Source of the DNA: Myxococcota bacterium
Lineage (GTDB): Bacteria > Myxococcota_A > UBA9160 > UBA4427
Assembly: GCA_041440805.1 (NCBI GenBank)
Contig: JASDVF010000048.1
Span: 9,298-73,297 of the forward strand
Length of the DNA: 64,000 nucleotides
Reading direction: 5' to 3'
Shown: positions 57,508-64,000 of the stretch, one piece after another
Layout: each line of letters opens with the position of its first letter
How positions within the stretch are numbered: the stretch's first letter is position 1
Translations under genes and position numbers: made by a program
The notes under the pieces: model-generated
Database searches by the model: none
Seen by the model: the letters and a program-made list of their open reading frames with translations, nothing else
Told to the model about the DNA's origin: nothing

Positions 57508-59607
57508 ATGAGTGATTTGATCGCACAACTAACGCAGATCTCCCTTGGAGCCAGCGTGCTCGGCCTGATAGTGGCCGTGTTCTTCTACTTCCGTGTTAAG
57601 AGCCTTCCCGAAGGCACTGACACGATGAACATGATTGCCCGGTACATCCGAGAGGGCTCGATGGCCTTCCTCGTTCGTGAATACAAGGTGCTCGCGGTCT
57701 ACTCGGCCGCCGTCTTTGTGCTCCTCTACTTCGCCTTCCAGGGGCAGGGAACCGGTCTCTTGGCTGGGCTCTGCTTCCTTTTTGGCGCCTTCCTCTCGCT
57801 CTTCTCCGGCTTCGTCGGGATGAAGGCTGCGACCTTCGCCAACGTGCGAACGTGTCAGGCAGCGCGCGAAGGCAGCATGCCCAACGCATTGCTGACCGCC
57901 CTCGACGGCGGCGCAGTGATGGGCCTCTTCGTGGCAGCCACAGCGATTCTCGGCCTCGGCGGTCTCTACTACGTCTACGCGGCGGACGCGCACCTAGCGA
58001 CCGTGCTTCACAGCTTCGCGGTGGGCGCTTCCTCGATCGCACTCTTCTCGCGCATCGGCGGCGGCATCTATACCAAGGCTGCTGACGTCGGCTCGGACAT
58101 CGCCGGCAAGGTTGTCGAAGGGATCCCGGAAGACGATCCGCGCAACCCGGGCGGCATTGCCGACAACGTGGGTGACAACGTCGGCGACGTGGCCGGAATG
58201 GGCGCTGACATCTATGAGTCCCTCGTGGCCGCAATCGTTGCGACGATGGCGATCGCACTCACCGCCGACTCGGCCCACGTGATGAGCATCTTCACCGGCG
58301 GACAGAACGCGGGCGACGCACGTGCACTCGCCGTGACGCTCCCGATCTTCTTGGCAGGCGTTGGTCTCCTCGTTTCGATTGTCTGCATCTTTATCGCTCG
58401 CGCGCTTCGCCAGAACGCACCGGCCATGGTCCTTCGTGCGGCGCTGATCGTTCCTTCGATCATCATCTGCATCGTGGCTTACATCATTATGCCGATGCTA
58501 GGTGTTAGCCAGGCAGTGACCTACGCCCTTGCAGCCGGCGCCATTGGCGGCGCCATTATCGGCTTGGTCACCGAGTACTACACGGCTTGGGCTCCGGTGA
58601 CGAGAATCGCCGAGTCGACTAAGACGGGTGCCGGCACCGGCATCATCCAGGGCCTCGCGGTCGGGATGGAATCGACGGTCGTCTCTCTCTTCATCGTCGC
58701 TGTTGTCGGCTTCGTCGCCAACGCGGTCATGCCGGAAGGTATGGGTCTCTTCGGTATCGCGATGGGCGCGGTCGGCATGCTTGCTGGCACGGCGATCGTG
58801 ATGACGGTCGATGCGTATGGTCCGATCTCGGACAACGCGGGTGGTATCTCGGAGATGAGTGGCCTTGGCAAGGAAGTTCGCGACATCACGGACGAGCTCG
58901 ACTCTGTCGGCAACACGACGGCGGCCATCGGTAAGGGCTTCGCCATCGGTTCGGCAACGCTGACGGTCCTCGCGCTCTTCAGCGCCTTCATCCTTGAAGT
59001 GAACCACGTACGAGCAGTCGAGGGCATGGAAGCTCTCGTACTCAAGCTTGATGACGCACCGATCCTGATCGGCCTTCTGCTAGGCGCATGTCTGCCCTAC
59101 GCGGTTGGCGCCTCGACGATGATCGCGGTCAGCAAGGCTGCACAGGCCATCATTACAGAGATCATTCGTCAGTTCGACGAGATCCCTGGTCTCCGCGAAG
59201 GCAAAGCTGAACCGGAAGGCGCGGCAATCGTCGACATCGCCACCAAGGCAGCGCTCTCTCAGATGGTGCTTCCCGGTTGCGTAGCGATTCTCGCTCCCGT
59301 CGGTATTGGCTTCTTGATGGGCCCGGCCGCACTCGCGGGCATGCTCGCGGGCTCTGTCGCTGTCGGTGCCTCGCTTTCGCTCTTCATGGCGAATGCCGGC
59401 GGTGCCTGGGACAACGCCAAGAAGTACATCGAAGCGGGCCACCTCGAAGGCCATCCGAAGGGTTCCGACGCGCATAAGGCTGCGGTTGTCGGCGACACGG
59501 TCGGCGATCCCTTCAAGGATACGTCGGGCCCGGGCGTGGCCATCCTGATCAAGGTGATGAGTGTTGTTTCGCTGCTCATTGCCCCGCTGATCGCTACGAT
59601 CCAGTAA
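57508..59607 (+). CDS. hppA: membrane-bound pyrophosphatase (K+-dependent-type ion-pumping PPase)
   Basis: ORF 57298..59607. Start is ATG 57508 or 57496. Motifs [36 protein letters not shown] and [13 protein letters not shown]. Confidence 0.9.
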   Translation: MSDLIAQLTQISLGASVLGLIVAVFFYFRVKSLPEGTDTMNMIARYIREGSMAFLVREYKVLAVYSAAVFVLLYFAFQGQGTGLLAGLCFLFGAFLSLFSGFVGMKAATFANVRTCQAAREGSMPNALLTALDGGAVMGLFVAATAILGLGGLYYVYAADAHLATVLHSFAVGASSIALFSRIGGGIYTKAADVGSDIAGKVVEGIPEDDPRNPGGIADNVGDNVGDVAGMGADIYESLVAAIVATMAIALTADSAHVMSIFTGGQNAGDARALAVTLPIFLAGVGLLVSIVCIFIARALRQNAPAMVLRAALIVPSIIICIVAYIIMPMLGVSQAVTYALAAGAIGGAIIGLVTEYYTAWAPVTRIAESTKTGAGTGIIQGLAVGMESTVVSLFIVAVVGFVANAVMPEGMGLFGIAMGAVGMLAGTAIVMTVDAYGPISDNAGGISEMSGLGKEVRDITDELDSVGNTTAAIGKGFAIGSATLTVLALFSAFILEVNHVRAVEGMEALVLKLDDAPILIGLLLGACLPYAVGASTMIAVSKAAQAIITEIIRQFDEIPGLREGKAEPEGAAIVDIATKAALSQMVLPGCVAILAPVGIGFLMGPAALAGMLAGSVAVGASLSLFMANAGGAWDNAKKYIEAGHLEGHPKGSDAHKAAVVGDTVGDPFKDTSGPGVAILIKVMSVVSLLIAPLIATIQ

Positions 59608-59655
59608 GCGATCTGCAAAGATACTGGGTGGCTTAGGCCACACGAAAAATGATTG

Positions 59656-59691
59656 ACGCCTCGGCCTTCTCGGCTGGGGCGTTTTCGTTTT
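59656..59691 (+). terminator. intrinsic terminator of hppA
   Basis: 11-bp stem (acgcctcggcc / ggctggggcgt, two G-U pairs) with a 5-nt loop, then tttcgtttt. Confidence 0.6.
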
Positions 59692-59899
59692 GGGGCCGGT
59701 TTCCGACCGGGTTCCAATCCAATTGTTAGTCTAGGTGGGAACGTGGGGGATAAGGAGTGGGTTTTATGACTCGAAAATGACGCATCGTCACCCGGGTCTC
59801 CGTCAGGAAGAGTCTCAGGCGCGCACAGATCGCCGAAAGTAAACCATTCGTAGAATTTATCCGCGCTTACGATTTTTGTATCTATTTGGTTCGCGACTT

Positions 59900-60580
59900 G
59901 TTGTTATGCATGAGGCGCGAGGGAGGATTGCTCGCGTCGCCGGATACAGGGGTGTGCTTCAGCAAGGCTGGGGGACGCATTCGGTGGTGCGATCAGGTAG
60001 AACGCGAGGACGGGTCACCGCACTTGATGCGAGTGTGCGACCCGGGTCGCGGCACGGTCATCACAGGCCGTGCTGCGATCCCCCCGCGGGCTTGCGCCGG
60101 GCATCCCGGACCGCGAGCCCTCTTGCTAGTGGGCCTTAGGTAGCTATTCACGCCGATCGGCAGGCGCGGGATAGGCCCGCGATAAAATGGTGGAGGGTCG
60201 AGAGTGGAGACGCCTATCGCGTGAGGCCCTCTTCGATCATTTCGAGGTATGGCGCTAAGGCGCCGCCCTTGAGATCATTAGAATCGCGGAGCGCGGGGGG
60301 ATCGGATCCAAGGCATAAGCTCCTGTGTGGGAACTGAACGCGGCGTTCAGCGCGAGGACCGGGTACACGATTAGAGCGCTACACAAGCCGCCGGCGAACG
60401 CCTATGATCGGCGCCGCCCGGGTCCCGATTGGGGGCTTGCAGGCGGCTCTGTGGCGTCACCTTGCTCAGATGTGACGTCGCCGACGAGCGGCTCCGCGCA
60501 GCGGAGCGAACCTGGCCAAACCACTTACGGCCAAAGCATCACCGCAAATTTCCGCCGGAGAACGGCGCGATTGCGGTCAG
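59900..60580 (+). other. hairpin-dense non-coding region (candidate structured RNA or long leader)
   Basis: No credible ORF. At least 9 GC hairpins of 5-14 bp, for example 59914-59936, 60049-60076, 60088-60120 (14 bp), 60165-60181, 60242-60272, 60334-60350, 60491-60507 and 60542-60576. Confidence 0.25.
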
Positions 60581-60594
60581 GAGAAGGCAAGAAC

Positions 60595-61365
60595 ATGGAT
60601 TTGAATGCAACGTCGTCCATCATCACCGGCGGTGCGTCGGGGATTGGCCTCGCGACTGCACAGCGCGTAACGGCACTCGGCGCCCGCGTAGTCATCGCCG
60701 ACCTGAACGAAGAGAAGGGCGAAGCCGCCGCCAAGGAGCTTGGTGGCGTGTTTGTGAAGACAGACGTCTCTGATGAAGATCAGGCTCAGAAGGCCGTCGA
60801 CGCAGCACTCGAGCTCGGCCCACTTCGCACTGTTCTGAACGCCGCCGGTCTCGGCAGCGCTGCCCGTACGGTGGGTCGTGATGGCACGCCTTTCGACCTC
60901 AAGACCTTCTCATTCGTCATTAAGGTGAACCTGATCGGTACGTTCAACGTGCTTCGACTCGCGGCGTCTGCGATGTCGCAGTCCGAGCCCGTCGATGATG
61001 ACGGCCAGCGCGGTTCGATCGTGAATCTTGCCTCGGTCGCGGCCTTTGACGGTCAGATCGGCCAGGCGGCTTACTCGGCGTCGAAGGGTGGCGTCGTTGG
61101 ACTCACGCTGCCCGTCGCGCGAGATCTCGCGGCGATCGGCGTTCGCGTGAACACGATCGCTCCCGGCCTCATCGACACGCCGATCTACGGCGAGGGCGAA
61201 GGCTCCGAGAAGTTCAAAGCGCACCTCGGGCAGAGCGTGCTCTTCCCGAAGCGCCTCGGCAGCGGCGAAGAACTCGCATCGATGGTCATTGAGCTTTTCC
61301 AGAACGACTACATGAACGGCGAGACGATTCGCGTGGACGGTGGCATCCGTATGCCCCCGAAATAG
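60595..61365 (+). CDS. SDR, 3-hydroxyacyl-CoA dehydrogenase type II (HSD17B10-like)
   Basis: ORF 60325..61365 trimmed to ATG 60595 (AGGAGAAGG RBS). ITGGASGIG, ..AAYSASKGG.. (YxxxK), ..IRVDGGIRM.. Confidence 0.85.
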   Translation: MDLNATSSIITGGASGIGLATAQRVTALGARVVIADLNEEKGEAAAKELGGVFVKTDVSDEDQAQKAVDAALELGPLRTVLNAAGLGSAARTVGRDGTPFDLKTFSFVIKVNLIGTFNVLRLAASAMSQSEPVDDDGQRGSIVNLASVAAFDGQIGQAAYSASKGGVVGLTLPVARDLAAIGVRVNTIAPGLIDTPIYGEGEGSEKFKAHLGQSVLFPKRLGSGEELASMVIELFQNDYMNGETIRVDGGIRMPPK

Positions 61366-61509
61366 CGCATCGCTACGCGCGGCCTAACGGGCTAGGCGTA
61401 TGTAGTGCGTAGGATGATCTCGAATACGGGGTTGGCGATTTCGCCGGCCCCGTTTCCTTTTGGGTGCGTGACTCAGAATCGCTGCGGTGCGCTTGAATCT
61501 CGAGCGAGG

Positions 61510-61553
61510 CTAGGGGGGCTAGGAGGGGCTAGGAGGGGCTAGGAGGGGCTAGG
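61510..61553. repeat. 10-bp tandem repeat ctagg[a/g]gggg x4.5
   Basis: CTAG occurs at 61510, 61519, 61529, 61539 and 61549. The last copy supplies the TAG stop (61549-61551) of the minus-strand hydrolase gene. Each unit also contains AGGAGG. Confidence 0.9.
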
Positions 61554-62394
61554 CGTACTCGAGGGTGTCGAGGAACGCATCGGCTGCGGCGATCGGCCCG
61601 TGACGTCGGGGGTTGTGCCCCGGCAGCACCCCGCGCAATACGCGCCAGCGCGTGGCTCGGGACATCGAGGAGGCGAGTCGCTTTCGCGCCGGCGTGATTT
61701 CGGCGGCTTCTGGTAAGAGCCCAGCTGCACGGTCCTGCTCCATCATGAGCGCAGCGGCTCTTTCTCCAAATGAGGCAAGGTGCCGAGCCTGATAGAAGAA
61801 GAGTTCAACGCGACGGAAATATCCGCCGCCCATCGCACGGAAGACCTCGAAGGCAACGCATCGATGTTCATATTCTTCTGCGAGGTGCCATGCCCAGAGG
61901 CCATGGACTGAAGGATCCGCATCCTTCATGCCAGGCTCGGCTTCGCCAAAGAAAAGCTCCGCCATCATCATCCCCGTTGTCTCGAATCCGGCCGAGTAGC
62001 CGAGATTCCATTCGAGGGATTCTTCGCGCAAGAACCGTGCGAAGTCCGCTTCGAGTTCGGCTTCGAGTGCTTCGAGTCCTTCGTATCGATCGCGCAGGAA
62101 AGCGTTGTAGGCGCGATGAATTTTGAAGTGGTTGGCTTCCTGGCCGTTAAAGAGGTCGATGTCTCGCAGGAGCGCTTGCCGGGGAAGCTCGAGGCTTTCC
62201 GCTGACCCATCCGCGAGTTGTTCCCGAGCCATTCGCATCACGCGGATCAGGTAGGGTTCGAGATAGGGGAGGGTGAGCGAGCCGCCATTGAGCCGGTATC
62301 CAAATTCGGGATTATTCGGCAGCCAGTTATGCGGCGTCGAAGCGTGCTCGAAGCGCGGCGCTCGTACGGTGATTTTAATTTCGGCCTCTGACAT
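61549..62394 (-). CDS. predicted metal-dependent hydrolase (PF10118-like)
   Basis: ORF 61549..62691 trimmed to ATG 62394 (AGGAG RBS). ..LFNGQEANHFKIHRAYN.. and ..HLAEEYEH.. motifs. Confidence 0.7.
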   Translation of the reverse strand: MSEAEIKITVRAPRFEHASTPHNWLPNNPEFGYRLNGGSLTLPYLEPYLIRVMRMAREQLADGSAESLELPRQALLRDIDLFNGQEANHFKIHRAYNAFLRDRYEGLEALEAELEADFARFLREESLEWNLGYSAGFETTGMMMAELFFGEAEPGMKDADPSVHGLWAWHLAEEYEHRCVAFEVFRAMGGGYFRRVELFFYQARHLASFGERAAALMMEQDRAAGLLPEAAEITPARKRLASSMSRATRWRVLRGVLPGHNPRRHGPIAAADAFLDTLEYA

Positions 62395-62473
62395 CAATGC
62401 TCCTGCAATCGCGGGGATGAACGACCTCAGCCCAAGCCTAGATCGCGGTTGGTGAGAGCGGCAACCCCAATAC

Positions 62474-63448
62474 GTGGCATCCGGGACTGCGGCCGATAGA
62501 CTCGGGTGCCAAAAAAGGGGAGTGCCATTGCGAATTAGTCGACGGAGCCTGCGGAAAATTCTCGTCGTCGTGGGCTGCCTTATTGGCACGCCGGGCTTTC
62601 CCGCCGCCGCAGGGGCGGCCCTCATCGCACTTGGCTGCATTCTGCACCTATGGTCGAAGGGGTGCCTCGAACAGAACCGTCGCCTGATCACCGCGGGGCC
62701 TTATCGATTTTCCCGCAATCCCTTCTACCTCGCAAATCTATTCATCGATCTCGGAACGTGTTTCGTGATCGGACAGCTCTGGGTCGGCATCATCTATCTC
62801 GTGCTCTGGGCGCTCGCCTATCGCGATACGATCGAAGGAGAAGAGGCCAAGCTTGCCGCGCTCTTTCCCGCTGAATTCGAACGTTATGTGAGCTTCGTAC
62901 CGCGCCTCTTTCCGAACGGCGGCGTCTTTCCGGCGGCGGACGTGACCGGCCATTTCAGCTTCGAAAACGATGGTCTCGCCCGGGGGCAGGAATACGCGAG
63001 GATCGTTGGCATCGGCCTCGGCCCGGCCGCAATTGGTGCCGCCGCTCTATTGCGCTCCGAGGGGCTCGGGCTGTTCGACGTGGAAGCGTCCACGGCACTT
63101 GCCTGCGTCCTCGCATTGCCCGCTTTCTGGGTGTTGAAACTAGGGCTCAGCGAGATGTTTAGACGTCCGGGGAATCAGCTGTTGCCGGTTGGAGGCTCGT
63201 CGATCGAGGCAGCGACTGCCGCGATCGGTCTGGCGGCGTTGGCGGCCTACCTTTTTACGTTCGTGCCCTGGTGGTCGGTTGTCCCCGGGCTTTGGTCAGC
63301 AATTGCTGGACTCGAAGCTTGGCGCGGGATGCGTGCTGAGCGCCGAGGGATTTCAGGGACGGGGCGATGGTCCTACCTGCCGACGATTGCATTGGGTAGC
63401 GTTGTCCTCTGCGCCGGGATGTTCGTTATACCCGTGCTGACGAGCTAG
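62474..63448 (+). CDS. isoprenylcysteine carboxyl methyltransferase (ICMT/PEMT)-family membrane protein with a C-terminal TM extension
   Basis: ..LITAGPYRFSRNPFYLANL.. motif. The annotated start is GTG 62474; an alternative is TTG 62528, preceded by AAGGGGAG. Confidence 0.7.
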   Translation: MASGTAADRLGCQKRGVPLRISRRSLRKILVVVGCLIGTPGFPAAAGAALIALGCILHLWSKGCLEQNRRLITAGPYRFSRNPFYLANLFIDLGTCFVIGQLWVGIIYLVLWALAYRDTIEGEEAKLAALFPAEFERYVSFVPRLFPNGGVFPAADVTGHFSFENDGLARGQEYARIVGIGLGPAAIGAAALLRSEGLGLFDVEASTALACVLALPAFWVLKLGLSEMFRRPGNQLLPVGGSSIEAATAAIGLAALAAYLFTFVPWWSVVPGLWSAIAGLEAWRGMRAERRGISGTGRWSYLPTIALGSVVLCAGMFVIPVLTS

Positions 63449-63475
63449 TGCTAGGCAGGAGAGTCGAGGAGTAGG

Positions 63476-63856
63476 ATGCAGAAGAAGCTGTCGGCCAGGA
63501 TGCGCATATTCGCGTCGCTCTTTGCATTTTTGTTTTTAGTTGGGGCAATCGTCCAGTGGAACGATCCCGACCCCTATCTTTGGATCGCCGCATATGTTGT
63601 CGCTTCGAGCCTTTCTGTAGCGGCGCTGCTTGGCCACGTAGTCATCCTGCCTAATGCCGTGGCGGCGATCGTGTTTGGGGTGTGGTTTGTGTCGATAGCA
63701 GCGAGTCTGCTGGGTGCGCCGAGTGAAGCCTTTACGTCGTTCAAGATGCAGGCCGCCTCTCATGAGGAGCCCCGAGAAGCAGTTGGGTTGGTTTTGCTAT
63801 CAGGCTGGAGCGCGACCCTTGCAATCAAGGGTGTGCGCGTGAAGGAAAAAATCTAG
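63476..63856 (+). CDS. TMEM220-family small membrane protein
   Basis: 126 aa with 4 TM segments. ..VQWNDPDPYLWIAAY.. signature. Confidence 0.7.
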   Translation: MQKKLSARMRIFASLFAFLFLVGAIVQWNDPDPYLWIAAYVVASSLSVAALLGHVVILPNAVAAIVFGVWFVSIAASLLGAPSEAFTSFKMQAASHEEPREAVGLVLLSGWSATLAIKGVRVKEKI

Positions 63857-63931
63857 CGCGACTGCTGCTTAGCGCCGAGGCTATCCCTCGCGCCGCGAAG
63901 CCCGCGAAATGGTCGCCAGGAGAGGATTGAT

Positions 63932-64000
63932 ATGACATCGAAAAATTTGCCAGGTTCCGGTAGTACCGACCACGAGCGACCGACCTCAACCGCCGAGAAG
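63932..64000 (+). CDS. 5' end of an unidentified ORF (runs off the window)
   Basis: ATG 63932 preceded by AGGAGAGGA. Only 23 codons are visible. Confidence 0.3.
   Translation, partial: MTSKNLPGSGSTDHERPTSTAEK

Noticed and set aside
59700-59722. tRNA T-arm-like gggttccaatcc
   Set aside because: No complementary T-stem, acceptor stem or anticodon arm can be drawn. It is not a tRNA.
59741-59900. Minus-strand open frame reading [31 protein letters not shown]
   Set aside because: It looks protein-like, but there is no start codon after the upstream stop, no recognisable family, and it runs into antisense hppA. A gene call cannot be supported.
59945-60015. TPP-riboswitch-like string (ggggtgtgc...ggctggggga...gatcaggtagaacgcgagga)
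   Set aside because: The invariant CTGAGA and the ACCC pairing partner are missing. The downstream gene is not thiamine-related and lies 600 nt away.
60325-60594. Long N-terminal extensions of track ORFs (also 36-164, 8458-8598, 16080-16367, 25592-25756, 44116-44151, 46853-46897, 62395-62691)
   Set aside because: The extensions are Arg/Pro-rich nonsense. Internal ATGs preceded by good Shine-Dalgarno sequences coincide with the family N-termini.

Overview
High-GC (roughly 60%) bacterial chromosomal segment. It is very tightly packed, with about 55 genes, many ATGA/GTGA start-stop overlaps, and three convergent gene pairs that share overlapping stop codons. I found no rRNA, tRNA, CRISPR array, transposase, integrase or phage gene. 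All protein family calls come from reading motifs in the supplied translations; no database search was run. The window is dominated by oxidative catabolism of lipids or alicyclic compounds. It holds three cytochrome P450s, a type-I Baeyer-Villiger monooxygenase, a KshA-like Rieske oxygenase, a KstD-like flavoprotein, and 3alpha-HSD-like and HSD17B10-like SDRs. It also holds three luciferase-like (LLM) oxidoreductases, PPOX-family and DDN-family (deazaflavin-type) enzymes, and two GMC oxidoreductases, one with a TAT small subunit. Further members are an SCPx-type thiolase plus DUF35 protein, a fused MaoC hydratase, two acyl-CoA synthetases, a TesB thioesterase, two APH-type kinases, a sterol-desaturase-family hydroxylase, a TetR regulator and an AtoE-type permease. 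Housekeeping and energy genes are interspersed: monomeric icd, an SF2 helicase, AsmA-like protein, oadGAB Na+-decarboxylase, and the membrane pyrophosphatase hppA. The most interesting candidates are listed next. (1) The minus-strand block 35.6-43.9 kb joins steroid-side-chain-type parts (DUF35 + thiolase) to an orphan Cys-rich protein, PPOX, NTF2, P450, a CoA ligase and a tandem HCCA-isomerase-like protein, with KstD-like, P450 and DDN genes adjacent. (2) A polytopic four-His-motif membrane protein fused to TPR repeats is translationally coupled to an acyl-CoA synthetase. (3) A membrane hydroxylase is translationally coupled to a small-molecule kinase. (4) The few large spacers in this compact locus contain relics of signalling genes (cyclase, histidine kinase, caspase-like), perfect AT-cored palindromes, or a dense run of GC hairpins flanking hppA. 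(5) There are several short tandem repeats, including a CTAG-phased 10-mer array that puts stop codons in all six frames. Lineage cannot be fixed from sequence alone. The F420-type enzyme families suggest an actinobacterial, Chloroflexi-like or similar marine lineage, at low confidence.
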